A DNA stretch of 64,000 nucleotides from Patescibacteria group bacterium (GCA_018970465.1 JAGWWI010000002.1:4517-68516); one strand, 5' to 3'. Counted from the stretch's first letter, positions 18,269 through 27,363 are shown. Translations and numbers: made by a program. Notes: generated from the letters alone by a model not told the origin.

Positions 18269-18338
18269 AACGGACAGTATACGCGGCCGGGGTGGCCGCG
18301 CAATCGCCCAGTCGAATGCCGCAACACGCGATGCTACA

Positions 18339-20582
18339 ATGCATGCGTTATCTATGCCGAGGAAGCCGGAGAAGAACGGTGCCCGCAGCCGCAAGCCGCG
18401 CCAAGCGCGCGACGAGGCGGTGCGCGCCTACGACACCCTGATCCGGGTAGTCGCGGCGATCGCGCTTGTCGCGGCCGGTGTCCTCCTCGCGCTCGCGATC
18501 TTCGGCGGGGCGGGGCCAGCCGGGCGCGCGGCGTTCGCGGCCGCGTACGCCCTCGTCGGGATCGGCGCGTTCACCCTCCCCGTGGCGCTCATTGCGGTCG
18601 GCCTCTACGCGGGATTCGGGCGGCCCGCCCTATCGCCCTTGGCGACCTCGGGCGTCGCGCTTATCCTCGCGGCCGTTCTCGCCTTCGCTGGCCTCTTCCC
18701 GGGCGCGCCGGAGGGCGGGGCGGCGGGGCGCTACGTGGGCGGGATGCTCGATGGCTTCTTCGGCTTCTGGGGCGCCGTCGTGCTCCTCCTCGCCGTGATC
18801 GCGCTTGGCATCGCGATCGCGGGCGACATCGAGGCGATGGCGGTGCTCGTCCTCCAGAGTGCCGAGGCGCTCCGCGAGCGCCGCGCCGGGCGCGCCGATG
18901 AGACCCTCGCCGACGAAGACGACGACATGGGCGCAGAGCCGCCCGAAGAAGATGCGGACGAGGAGTACGAAGAGCCGGAGGATGAGGAGGATGCGTCCGA
19001 GAGCCCCGAGGCCGACCCGACGATCAACGTCTTCGGCACCGAGAAGCCGGGCCGCGCGGGCGCGGGCGGCATCGCGAACTTCGACGCAGCGTACGACCCG
19101 CCCCCCTTGTCGCTCCTCGGCGAAGACCGCGGCAAGCCCGGCACGGGCGACATCAAGGCGAACGCGAACATCATCAAGCGCACGTTCCAGAACTTCGGCA
19201 TCAACGTCGAGATGGATGAGGTGTCGGTGGGCCCCACCGTGACCCGCTATGCGGTGAAGCCCGCGGAAGGGGTGCGGCTCTCGAAGATCGTCTCGCTCGC
19301 CTCGAACCTCGAGCTCGCCCTCGCCGCGCACCCGGTTCGCATCGAGGCGCCGATCCCGGGCAAGTCGCTCGTCGGCATCGAGGTGCCGAACTCGACCAAG
19401 GCGATGGTCGGCCTTGGCGGAGTCCTCGGGAGCGGGGCGTGGCGCGAGAGTACGGCCCCGCTCCTCGCCGCGCTCGGCCGCGACATCACCGGCACGCCCC
19501 ACTATGTGAACGTCGCCAAGATGCCGCACGCCCTCGTCGCCGGCGCGACCGGCTCCGGGAAGTCGGTTGCGATCCACGCCCTCATCACCTCCCTCCTCTA
19601 CCGCAACGGCCCGGACCAGATGCGCTTCATCCTCGTCGACCCGAAGCGCGTCGAGCTCACGTCCTATAATGGTATCCCCCACCTCCTCACCCCGGTCATC
19701 ACGGAGCCGAAGAAGGCGATCCTCGCCTTGCGCTGGGCGGGCAAGGAGATGGAGCGGCGCTACAACGTGCTCGAGGCCGAGCGCGTGCGCGATATCGACT
19801 CCTACCACAAGACCGTCTATGAGCCGGCGAAGAAGCGCGCCCGCGAAGGGGCCGAGCTCCCGGAGGCGATGCCCTATATCGTCGTGGTGATCGACGAGCT
19901 CGCGGATATCATGACGAGCTTCCCGCGCGAACTCGAGGCGGCTATCGTCCGGCTCGCGCAGATGTCGCGCGCGGTCGGCATCCACCTCATCCTCTCGACG
20001 CAGCGCCCGTCGGTGAACGTGATCACCGGCCTCATCAAGGCGAACGTCCCGACCCGGCTCGCCCTCCAGGTCGCCTCGCAGATCGACTCGCGGACGATCC
20101 TCGACGCCTCGGGCGCCGAGACCCTCCTTGGCGCGGGCGACATGCTCTACCTCTCGAGCGACATGAGTAAGCCCGTGCGCCTCCAGACGGCGTTCATCAG
20201 CGAAAACGAGGTCAAGAAGGTCGTACAGCACATCAAGGCCCACAACCCGGGCGACTTGACCGCGATCGAGCTCGGCGGCGGGCCCGTCACGAGCGGCGGG
20301 GGCGAGTCGCTCTCGCTTGGCGGAGGGATGGGCGACGATGAAGAGATCGACGACGACCTCTACGAGGCGGCAAAGGCCGCGGTCGAGGAGGCCGGCCGCG
20401 CCTCGACGAGCTATCTGCAGCGGAAGCTGAAGATCGGCTACTCCCGCGCCGCGCGCCTTATGGACGTCCTCGAGGCCAAAGGCGTCATCGGCCCCGCCGA
20501 CGGTTCGAAGCCCCGCGAGGTCCTCAACCGTGCGGGCGGCGCAGCAGTCGAGGAGGAGGGCGAGACTGACGACGAGCTGTGA
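18339..20582 (+). CDS. ftsK: DNA translocase FtsK/SpoIIIE
   Basis: 747 aa with N-terminal TM helices. Walker A 'VAGATGSGKSVAIHALITSLL', 'ILVDPKRVEL', '...ELADIM...'. C-terminal gamma domain 'YLQRKLKIGYSRAARLMDVLEAKGVIGPADGSKPREVL'. Confidence 0.95.
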   Translation: MHALSMPRKPEKNGARSRKPRQARDEAVRAYDTLIRVVAAIALVAAGVLLALAIFGGAGPAGRAAFAAAYALVGIGAFTLPVALIAVGLYAGFGRPALSPLATSGVALILAAVLAFAGLFPGAPEGGAAGRYVGGMLDGFFGFWGAVVLLLAVIALGIAIAGDIEAMAVLVLQSAEALRERRAGRADETLADEDDDMGAEPPEEDADEEYEEPEDEEDASESPEADPTINVFGTEKPGRAGAGGIANFDAAYDPPPLSLLGEDRGKPGTGDIKANANIIKRTFQNFGINVEMDEVSVGPTVTRYAVKPAEGVRLSKIVSLASNLELALAAHPVRIEAPIPGKSLVGIEVPNSTKAMVGLGGVLGSGAWRESTAPLLAALGRDITGTPHYVNVAKMPHALVAGATGSGKSVAIHALITSLLYRNGPDQMRFILVDPKRVELTSYNGIPHLLTPVITEPKKAILALRWAGKEMERRYNVLEAERVRDIDSYHKTVYEPAKKRAREGAELPEAMPYIVVVIDELADIMTSFPRELEAAIVRLAQMSRAVGIHLILSTQRPSVNVITGLIKANVPTRLALQVASQIDSRTILDASGAETLLGAGDMLYLSSDMSKPVRLQTAFISENEVKKVVQHIKAHNPGDLTAIELGGGPVTSGGGESLSLGGGMGDDEEIDDDLYEAAKAAVEEAGRASTSYLQRKLKIGYSRAARLMDVLEAKGVIGPADGSKPREVLNRAGGAAVEEEGETDDEL

Positions 20583-20902
20583 ATCGCGCCCTGATCGCCG
20601 TCGTCCTCGCGGTCGTCCTCGGCTATGGCCTCTTCGAGGGGTACCCCTTGCTCGCGGGGCCCTCACTCGTGGTCGCCTCGCCCGCCGAGGGCGCGCATGC
20701 GCCGGACGGCGTCGTGACCGTCTCGGGCCGCGCGGCGCGCACGGTGGCGCTCACGCTCGATGGGGCGGCGCTCCTCCCCGATCAGTCTGGGCGCTTCGGG
20801 GCCACCCTCGCCTTCCCGCCCGGGGGGTCTATACTTACCTTCACGGCGACCGACCGCTTCGGCCGGAGAACGACCGTGACCCGCGCCATTTACGTACCCT
20901 AA
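20579..20902 (+). CDS. Small hypothetical membrane-anchored protein, translationally coupled to ftsK
   Basis: The GTG start overlaps the ftsK stop (ctGTGA). N-terminal TM '[15 protein letters not shown]'. Confidence 0.45.
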   Translation: MNRALIAVVLAVVLGYGLFEGYPLLAGPSLVVASPAEGAHAPDGVVTVSGRAARTVALTLDGAALLPDQSGRFGATLAFPPGGSILTFTATDRFGRRTTVTRAIYVP

Positions 20903-20912
20903 CTTTTGTCTC

Positions 20913-21965
20913 ATGCCCGCATTCAAGAAGAAGGTCCCCAAAGCAGCGAAGGAAGTGGCCGCGGCCGCCGGCGCAGACAAGGACGCCAAGCAGCGCTCGA
21001 TCGAGGCTGCGCTCAAGGAGATCCGCACCAAGTTCGGCGACGAGGCGATCACGACCTATGGCAGCGGCACCCCGCAGAAGATCCCGGCGATCCCGACCGG
21101 CTCGGAGGGGCTCGACGCCGCCCTCGGGATCGGCGGCCTGCCGCGCGGGCGCATCATCGAGATCTTCGGGCCGGAATCTTCGGGCAAGACGACGCTCGCC
21201 CTGCACGTCATCGCGGAGGCGCAGAAGTCGGGCGGCATCGCCGCTTTCGTCGACGCCGAACACGCCCTCGACCCGGAGTATGCGCGGCGCATCGGCGTCA
21301 AGCTCCCCGAGCTCCTCATCAGCCAGCCGGACACGGGCGAGCAGGCCCTCGATATCGTCGAGAGCCTGGTGCGGAGCGGGAACGTGGACGTGATCGTCGT
21401 CGACTCGGTCGCGGCCTTGACCCCGAAGGATGAGATCGAAGGCGAGATGGGCCAGCAGCACGTCGGCAAGCAGGCGCGGCTCATGTCGCAGGCCTTGCGC
21501 AAGCTGACCGCGATCGTCGCGCGCTCGAAGACGATCGTCATATTCATCAACCAGATCCGCATGCAGATCGGCGTCATGTTCGGCAATCCAGAGACGACGC
21601 CGGGCGGCAAAGCGCTCAAGTTCTACACCTCGGTGCGCCTCGACATCCGCCGCATCGCGAGCATCAAGAAGGGCGAGGAGGTCGTGGGTGGTCGCGTCCG
21701 CGTGAAAGTGGTCAAGAACAAGGTCGCCGCGCCCTTCAAGACGACCGAGTTCGACCTCCTCTACAACGAGGGCATCAGCCGCGAGGGCGAATTGATCGCG
21801 CTCGGCGAGAAGTTCGGCCTTCTCACCAAGAGCGGCGCCTCCTACAAGATGGGCGAGGAGAAGCTCGCGACCGGCTACGACGCCACCCGCACCTACCTCC
21901 GCGAGCACAAGGACGTCGCCAAAGAGCTCTTGAAGCAGATCCGGGTGAAGCTTGCGGACGGGTGA
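20913..21965 (+). CDS. recA: Recombinase RecA
   Basis: '[41 protein letters not shown]...[12 protein letters not shown]...[15 protein letters not shown]'. Confidence 0.97.
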   Translation: MPAFKKKVPKAAKEVAAAAGADKDAKQRSIEAALKEIRTKFGDEAITTYGSGTPQKIPAIPTGSEGLDAALGIGGLPRGRIIEIFGPESSGKTTLALHVIAEAQKSGGIAAFVDAEHALDPEYARRIGVKLPELLISQPDTGEQALDIVESLVRSGNVDVIVVDSVAALTPKDEIEGEMGQQHVGKQARLMSQALRKLTAIVARSKTIVIFINQIRMQIGVMFGNPETTPGGKALKFYTSVRLDIRRIASIKKGEEVVGGRVRVKVVKNKVAAPFKTTEFDLLYNEGISREGELIALGEKFGLLTKSGASYKMGEEKLATGYDATRTYLREHKDVAKELLKQIRVKLADG

Positions 21966-22001
21966 TAGACTGAAAGTACGTAAACAATAAACAGCTCGCG
22001 T

Positions 22002-22826
22002 ATGTACTGTAGCAACTGCGGAAGAAAAAATGACCCTGACGCGAATTTTTGTGAAAAATGCGGCGCGGCTCTTACCAAGGAATCCGTTCCTGTCCTCCGA
22101 GAGTCTGCTCCGGTTACGAGCACCGCTCCCTCGACTCAATCGGAACCTGTCGCCGCACCTCCGACGGGAAAAGGTGTCATTAAGTGCGGCAATTGCGGGT
22201 ACATCGGCCCAGGCGAACCGGCACGGAGCCTGTGGGCGAAAATTCTTGCGTGGATATGCGTGATCTTTGCTCCGCTCATCACTATCCTCTACTTCGTCGC
22301 GACCCACAAATATCGCTGTCCGAAGTGCCACTCCACGTTTCTAGGAATACGAAACAAGAACGGGGAATTCATCCAAGGCCAGAACGGCGTTAGCAGAGCC
22401 GTTACCATAATCATTCTCGTGTTCGTCGGATTATTTGTTATCGGTGTTCTGGCTGCAGTGGTGCTGGCTTCGCTCAACACAGCCCGTGCGAAAAGCAGGG
22501 ACGCCGCTATCGAATCTCGTCTGGACAGTATCCGTGCGGAAGCGGAAGTGTACTATGGGGGCGCCGGCGATAACAGCTACGGGAACGGGACCGACTCTTG
22601 CGCGGACGGCATGTTTGCCGCCGATGCGACCATCGCAAGCGAGTTGCAAGACATTTCGAGCCTCAATCCAAACGGCGAGATGTCGTGCGCCGTTTCAACC
22701 GACGGGAGCGCCTATGCTCTACAAGCGCAGCTCACCTCTGACTCGGGCACGTATTGGTGTGTCGACTCGGCTGGCCTATCTAAAGAAGAGACTTCTTCGT
22801 TGGGGGCGGGCACACGTTGTCCGTAG
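22002..22826 (+). CDS. Zinc-ribbon, TM, then type IV pilin-like ectodomain protein
   Basis: N-terminal 'MYCSNCGRKNDPDANFCEKCGA' (double Cys pair). A second Cys pair 'KCGNCG...RCPKCHS' flanks a TM helix. Then 'VIGVLAAVVLASLNTARAKSRDAAIESRLDSIRAEAEVYYGG' resembles a mature pilin alpha-helix, and a C-terminal region carries 4 Cys. Region of lower G+C. Confidence 0.65.
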   Translation: MYCSNCGRKNDPDANFCEKCGAALTKESVPVLRESAPVTSTAPSTQSEPVAAPPTGKGVIKCGNCGYIGPGEPARSLWAKILAWICVIFAPLITILYFVATHKYRCPKCHSTFLGIRNKNGEFIQGQNGVSRAVTIIILVFVGLFVIGVLAAVVLASLNTARAKSRDAAIESRLDSIRAEAEVYYGGAGDNSYGNGTDSCADGMFAADATIASELQDISSLNPNGEMSCAVSTDGSAYALQAQLTSDSGTYWCVDSAGLSKEETSSLGAGTRCP

Positions 22827-22843
22827 GCAAACCTCCACCTCGT

Positions 22844-24529
22844 ATGTACTGCAAAATATGCGGACATAGAATTGAGCGGGGTAAAAAGTTTTGTAAAAAT
22901 TGTGGCTCATCAGTCCCGAGCAGCTTTTTCACCGCCCTATTAGGCGCGGTGCCCCTTGGCACCGCGCGTCGCCTGGACATGCGCAACCCTTGGATCTGGC
23001 TCGGGATAGGGGTGGCTACCGCAAGCTTCGGTGCCATACTCCTTGTATGGCCTCTGCATCCGCACGGGAAAAGTCCGACTGTCATCGTTCCCCAGAATCA
23101 ATTGGCTGTGGTCGATATAAACTGCGATACAGGATACGGCGGGTCGGGAACCGTCTTCACGAGTGACGGCACCATATTGACGAACAACCATGTCATTCAG
23201 GGAGCAAAGGAGTGCGAAGTCACCATCCCGGACCCTGCGACGGGACAGATCAGTAAGATTTATAAAGCGGTCCCTAGTATCGTCCCGAAGCTCAGCAAGA
23301 AGTATGATGTTGCGACCTTAAAGATCGATGCCGCATACACCGATAAGAACGGGAAGACGTGGGGGACCTACCCCGCTACGTTTACGGCATTCGTTTCTCC
23401 CAGCACTTGCGATCCCACTCAACCTTCAAAGCTCGGTGACTCTGTTCGCATTTACGGCTATCCCGTCACGAGCGGCGGCTACAATCTGACTGTCACGGAC
23501 GGCCTCTTGAGCAGCTTTTCTGATAATGGATATATCCTAACTTCTGCAAAAGTAGACAGCGGCAATTCCGGAGGTCTGGCTGTCGATCAAGACGGCTGCT
23601 GGCTGGGGATACCCTCGGCAGTTGAAGCGGGGAATTATCAAAATCTAGGAGTGATTATCCCGGGAGAAGTTGTCGCCGCAAACTTCCTGAATGCCGTTGC
23701 CGCCAAGGCAGACCCCGCAGCAATTAAGTCGCCCTTGCGCGCAGCTAACGCTGAATCCGCTGCAACCCCTCAGCTATCTAACGATCAGATATGCCAAAGC
23801 GGCTTTGGCCAAAATAGTGAATGGTCTGGGCAATTGGACAGTAGCGGCAAACCAACCTGCAGATGTAAAGACGGATATTCATGGGATGCAAGCGGTAATG
23901 CGTGCGCGCTTCAATCTGACCTGGAACAGTGGTGCGAAAGTAACTATGGCACTGGTAGTTATTCGTCCCCCCAGAACGGCAAGGCTACTTGTGGCTGTGA
24001 CACAGGGTACACTTGGAACGCGGGCCAGACAGCATGCGTTCCGCAAGAGACGAATGACGAACAGTGCCAGGCCGATTATGGAATCGGGAGCTACTGGACT
24101 GGCACAACTAATGCCCAAGGAGGCCCAACATGTGGCTGCCAATCGGGCTATGTTTGGAACACCGCTCAAACTGAGTGTGTCGCGCAGCCGAGTTGCCCTT
24201 TATACTCAAGTTATGACGCCTCTGCCGGACAATGCGAATGTTGGTCTGGCTATGTAACCACTGCGACGGGTTGCGAATCGGCCTTGACGTACTGCGAAAA
24301 TAAGGAGGGTTTTGGAGCCACTTATGATGCGGCCACGAATTCGTGCGAATGCGAGCCTGGCTATATGTTTGACGGGAGCACGTGCCAGTCAGGATATTCG
24401 TACTGCTCTGCACGATGGGGCGTAGGGGCTGAATATGATTACAATACAAATGGGTGCGCCTGTGGATATGGATACACGGTCAACAGCTCGGGTACCGGGT
24501 GCCAATCCATATACTCAACGTATTACTAA
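22844..24529 (+). CDS. Zinc-ribbon, TM, then trypsin-like serine protease with C-terminal Cys-rich repeats
   Basis: 'MYCKICGHRIERGKKFCKNCG' plus a TM helix. Protease triad context 'TNNHVIQG', 'DVATLKID', 'DSGNSGGLAV'. Six or more repeats of about 21 aa of the type 'PTCxCxxGYxWNxxxxxCVxQ'. ORF track start 22817; the Met at 22844 is preferred. Confidence 0.8.
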   Translation: MYCKICGHRIERGKKFCKNCGSSVPSSFFTALLGAVPLGTARRLDMRNPWIWLGIGVATASFGAILLVWPLHPHGKSPTVIVPQNQLAVVDINCDTGYGGSGTVFTSDGTILTNNHVIQGAKECEVTIPDPATGQISKIYKAVPSIVPKLSKKYDVATLKIDAAYTDKNGKTWGTYPATFTAFVSPSTCDPTQPSKLGDSVRIYGYPVTSGGYNLTVTDGLLSSFSDNGYILTSAKVDSGNSGGLAVDQDGCWLGIPSAVEAGNYQNLGVIIPGEVVAANFLNAVAAKADPAAIKSPLRAANAESAATPQLSNDQICQSGFGQNSEWSGQLDSSGKPTCRCKDGYSWDASGNACALQSDLEQWCESNYGTGSYSSPQNGKATCGCDTGYTWNAGQTACVPQETNDEQCQADYGIGSYWTGTTNAQGGPTCGCQSGYVWNTAQTECVAQPSCPLYSSYDASAGQCECWSGYVTTATGCESALTYCENKEGFGATYDAATNSCECEPGYMFDGSTCQSGYSYCSARWGVGAEYDYNTNGCACGYGYTVNSSGTGCQSIYSTYY

Positions 24530-25185
24530 AATCTGCTGCCGCGCTTGAAGCGCGAAAGTGCGGCGCGTATGATGGGAGCGTGAATGAGGCGATCGCGGAG
24601 GTGGCGGCGGACGAGACCCGGGGTCTCCCGGGTCTCGTCGCGTTCGCTCCTGATGAGCTTGTCGAGTACCTTGGGCTCGTCAACTACGCGACCTCGGAGC
24701 GCGTGCTCAAAGAGATCGAGGATCGACTCCAGGCGAGCCCCGCCGCGCCCATACGCATGGTGGTCACCTCGGCGGGCGGGCCGTCGGGGACGGCGATGGG
24801 CTTCTACGACACCGTCCGCACGATCCTGCGCCCCGCTGCCCTGACGACGATCGGCGCGGGCGATGTCGACTCCTCGGGCATCCTCCTCTTACTCACCGGC
24901 TCGACGCGGCTCGTGACGGCGCACACGACCGGGCTCCTGCACCTCGCGGGGCGCTACTTCGACCCCAACACCCGCTACACCGCCCGCGACCTCCGCACCA
25001 TGGCGGCCGAGGATGAGGCGAAGGACCGGCAGTATGCGGCGATCGTCGCCGCCAATACGAGCGGCCGACTCTCCGCGACCGGCGTGCTCCGGATGATGCG
25101 GCGGGAGACGCTCCTCGCGCCGACAGACTTCGTGCGCTACGGCCTCGCGCACGCGGTCGTCGACGAAGGATCATTCCCGAATTAA
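24454..25185 (+). CDS. ClpP-like (S14/crotonase-fold) serine protease; start uncertain
   Basis: 'PIRMVVTSAGGPSGTAMGFYDTVRTILRPAALTTIGAGDVDSSGILLLLTGSTRLVTAHTTGLLH' parallels the ClpP 'INSPGG...GLAIYDTM...'. The ORF's 5' end overlaps the upstream gene, so a GTG near 24571 is the likely true start. Confidence 0.6.
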   Translation: MRLWIWIHGQQLGYRVPIHILNVLLKSAAALEARKCGAYDGSVNEAIAEVAADETRGLPGLVAFAPDELVEYLGLVNYATSERVLKEIEDRLQASPAAPIRMVVTSAGGPSGTAMGFYDTVRTILRPAALTTIGAGDVDSSGILLLLTGSTRLVTAHTTGLLHLAGRYFDPNTRYTARDLRTMAAEDEAKDRQYAAIVAANTSGRLSATGVLRMMRRETLLAPTDFVRYGLAHAVVDEGSFPN

Positions 25186-25269
25186 CGCGCCGCTCATCCG
25201 CTCTCCGCTATCCTCTCGGCCACGGCCGAAGGTCGAGGCCGGCTTACGAGAGGCGTAACGAGAGCACGT

Positions 25270-25446
25270 ATGGCACGCAACATTGGCGGCCGCGGCTTCG
25301 CGGGCATGCCGGAGGAACGGCAGCGCGAGATCGCATCCGAGGGCGGCAAGGCCGCGCATCGCGCAGGCACCGCCCACGAGTTCGACTCCGAGAGCGCCCG
25401 CGCAGCAGGCAGGAAGGGCGGCCGGGCGCGGCACGCGAATCGCTAA
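25270..25446 (+). CDS. Small KGG-repeat stress-induced protein (YciG-like)
   Basis: 58-aa ORF 'MARNIGGRGFAGMPEERQREIASEGGKAAHRAGTAHEFDSESARAAGRKGGRARHANR'. The GGRGFA...EEQREIASKGGKA pattern matches KGG-motif proteins. Below the ORF-track size cutoff. Confidence 0.5.
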   Translation: MARNIGGRGFAGMPEERQREIASEGGKAAHRAGTAHEFDSESARAAGRKGGRARHANR

Positions 25447-25509
25447 GCCCGCATGGAGACGGCACGGGGCGCCCCGCTCGGGGCGCCCTGTGCGTTTAGG
25501 CACTGCCCC

Positions 25510-25857
25510 CTACGCGAGCGACGGAGCGGGCGCGAACGCGAACGCGATGGGGCGCAGCAGAGCGCGCGTGAGGATGAAGGCGGCGGCGGCGCTCGCAAGC
25601 ACGAGCGCCTGCACGACGAGCCGCGTATGCCGGAAGGCGTAGGCGAGGTAGCGCGCATGCGCGAAGAAGCCGTGCGGCCCGTTCGAGAACACCTTCGCGA
25701 CCCACACTTCCCGCCCGATCCCCCAGAGCGCAAGCGCGAGGACGAGCGCTGCGAGCGCGCCGCCCGAGACGAAGGGCCGGAGGAAGCGGATCGTCTGCAC
25801 GCGCCGCATCACGACGCGCTCGATGTCGGAGACGTCAGTCATGATGCTGCGTATCAT
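25510..25857 (-). CDS. Putative anti-sigma factor (membrane protein downstream of the ECF sigma)
   Basis: 115 aa with two hydrophobic helices. Overlaps the 3' end of the sigma gene by about 23 nt. Assigned by position only. Confidence 0.45.
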   Translation of the reverse strand: MIRSIMTDVSDIERVVMRRVQTIRFLRPFVSGGALAALVLALALWGIGREVWVAKVFSNGPHGFFAHARYLAYAFRHTRLVVQALVLASAAAAFILTRALLRPIAFAFAPAPSLA

Positions 25858-26434
25858 ACACGCTCTTGAATAGCTTCTTCGCGCGGTGCACGCGCGTCTT
25901 CACGGCCGGCACCGAGAGGCGCTCGGACGCCGCGATCTCCTCCTGGCTCTTGCCCTCGATGAATTGGAGCCGGAGGAGCCGGGCGGCAGCCTCCGGGAGC
26001 TTCGCAAGGGCGGCGAGGACCTCGCTCCGGATCGAGAGGTCGTCGAGGAAGCTCGCGGATTCGTCCGCGAGCGACTCGAGGTGCTCCGGCGCGAGCTCGA
26101 GCCGGCTCTCCCACCGGCGCTTCCGGCCCTGGTAGCGGGTGTAGCAGACGCGGTTCAGTATCGTATACGCCCAAGAGGCGAAGGTCGCGCCCTCTTGCGC
26201 CGCATAGCGGTCGACGTAGAGGTACATCTTGGTGAAGGCGTCTTGGACGGCCTCCTTCGCCTCCTCGGCGTCGCCGAGGATCGTCCGGGCCCGGCGCAAG
26301 AAGGCGCTCTCGTAGCGGCGGACCAACAGGGCGAACAGCGCCGGCTCGCGGCGCGAGCGCGCGAGGAGCTCGGCGTCCGCGAGGGCGCCGAGGTCTTCGG
26401 CCGTATTGAGCAAAGCCATGGTCTCTGCTAGCAT
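25835..26434 (-). CDS. ECF-type RNA polymerase sigma-70 factor
   Basis: 'LLVRRYESAFLRRARTILGDAEEAKEAVQDAFTKMY' (region 2) and 'LLRLQFIEGKSQEEIAASERLSVPAVKTRVHRAKKLF' (region 4 HTH). Confidence 0.85.
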   Translation of the reverse strand: MLAETMALLNTAEDLGALADAELLARSRREPALFALLVRRYESAFLRRARTILGDAEEAKEAVQDAFTKMYLYVDRYAAQEGATFASWAYTILNRVCYTRYQGRKRRWESRLELAPEHLESLADESASFLDDLSIRSEVLAALAKLPEAAARLLRLQFIEGKSQEEIAASERLSVPAVKTRVHRAKKLFKSVYDTQHHD

Positions 26435-26495
26435 ACAGGAGTCGCCCGAGAGGGCTACTTTTTATAACGGCCGATACGGCCTTCAGGTTACGGAC

Positions 26496-27071
26496 ATGGC
26501 TACGCTCTCCTATAACGAGATCCTCCCCAAGACGATCATCCTCTACAATAACGAGCCCTACGAGGTGCTCTCCTCGCACATCTTCCGCATGCAGATGCGT
26601 AAGCCGGTCAACCAGACGCGGCTCCGCCACCTCGTCTCGGGGAAGGTCCTCGAGATCTCCTTCCATCAGAACGAGTCGGCCGAGGAGGCCGAGGTCTCCC
26701 GCATGGAGGCGCAGTACCTCTATACGAACCGCGGCGAGAGCTGGTTCGCCGAGGCGGGGAACCCGAAGAATCGCTTCAAGTTCGCCGAGGAGGCTGTCCA
26801 CGACCAGGTGCGGTGGCTCGCGCCGAACGCCGTTGTCGAGGTGGTGACCCACGACGACGAGCCCCTCTCGATCAAGATCCCAGTGAAGGTCGACCTCACG
26901 GTCGTCGAGGCCCCGCCGAACGTGAAGGGTGACACGGCGACCGGCGGCATGAAGCCCGTCAAGCTCGCGACCGGCGCCTCGGTCAATGTCCCGCTCTTCA
27001 TCAACACCGGCGACGTAATCCGCATCAACACCGACACCGGCGACTACACCGAACGCGTCTCGAAGGCGTAA
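26496..27071 (+). CDS. efp: Elongation factor P
   Basis: 'MATLSYNEILPKTIILYNNEPYEVLSSHIFRMQMRKPVNQTRL...KPVKLATGASVNVPLFINTGDVIRINTDTGDYTERV'. ORF track start 26406 overlaps the sigma gene; Met-31 was used. Confidence 0.9.
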   Translation: MATLSYNEILPKTIILYNNEPYEVLSSHIFRMQMRKPVNQTRLRHLVSGKVLEISFHQNESAEEAEVSRMEAQYLYTNRGESWFAEAGNPKNRFKFAEEAVHDQVRWLAPNAVVEVVTHDDEPLSIKIPVKVDLTVVEAPPNVKGDTATGGMKPVKLATGASVNVPLFINTGDVIRINTDTGDYTERVSKA

Positions 27072-27077
27072 CCGCAG

Positions 27078-27115
27078 AAAAGCCCCGCCGCCCTTGCGGG
27101 CGGCGGGGCTTTTCT
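27078..27115. terminator. Bidirectional terminator (aaaagccccgccgccc-ttgc-gggcggcggggctttt)
   Basis: Perfect 12-bp GC stem flanked by A and T runs, between convergent efp and rpsR. Confidence 0.7.
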
Positions 27116-27122
27116 TGTCGCG

Positions 27123-27329
27123 CTACGCCGCGACGTACGGGAGGAGCGCCATGTAGCGCGCGCGCTTGATCGCCTCCGTGATCTCGCGCTGCTTCCCTGC
27201 CGGGACGCCAGTGCGCTTCTTGCCGAGAATCTTCGCGTGCGGATTGGTGAATTGCTTCAGGTACGCGACGTCCTTGTAGTCGACGAACTTCTTGATCTCG
27301 ATCTCTTCCCGCTCGGATTGGTAAGCCAT
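27123..27329 (-). CDS. rpsR: 30S ribosomal protein S18
   Basis: 'FVDYKDVAYLKQFTNPHAKILGKKRTGVPAGKQREITEAIKRARYMALLPY'. Confidence 0.95.
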   Translation of the reverse strand: MAYQSEREEIEIKKFVDYKDVAYLKQFTNPHAKILGKKRTGVPAGKQREITEAIKRARYMALLPYVAA

Positions 27330-27363
27330 ATTTATATTTTTAAATGTATAAATATTTCAATAT
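27330..27363 (-). promoter_or_regulatory. Extremely AT-rich spacer upstream of rpsR containing a sigma70-like TTGAAA / TATAAAT pair
   Basis: Minus strand reads 'ttgaaatatttatacatttaaaaatataaatATG', about 35 nt with almost no G or C in an otherwise high-G+C genome. Confidence 0.35.

Noticed and set aside
18630-20666. 678-aa minus-strand ORF, and likewise 20841..22331(-), 25854..26852(-), 29569..30669(-), 29937..31235(+), 33569..34618(+), 42668..43942(+), 44685..45911(+), 52115..53179(+), 53272..53844(+), 15190..17226(+)
   Set aside because: - Each is antisense to, or frame-shifted against, a gene with clear family signatures (ftsK, recA, sigma/efp, metG, glyQS, Fic, glyA, mscL region, pduO, surface protein).
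- Each has Arg/Pro/Gly-rich composition typical of GC-rich non-coding frames.
24454-24570. ClpP-like gene starting at 24454 and overlapping the protease gene by 76 nt
   Set aside because: - The first ~40 codons lie inside the preceding gene's Cys-repeat coding region and are not ClpP-like.
- The start is more likely an internal GTG near 24571.
- The ORF-track coordinates were kept in the feature, with the start flagged as uncertain.
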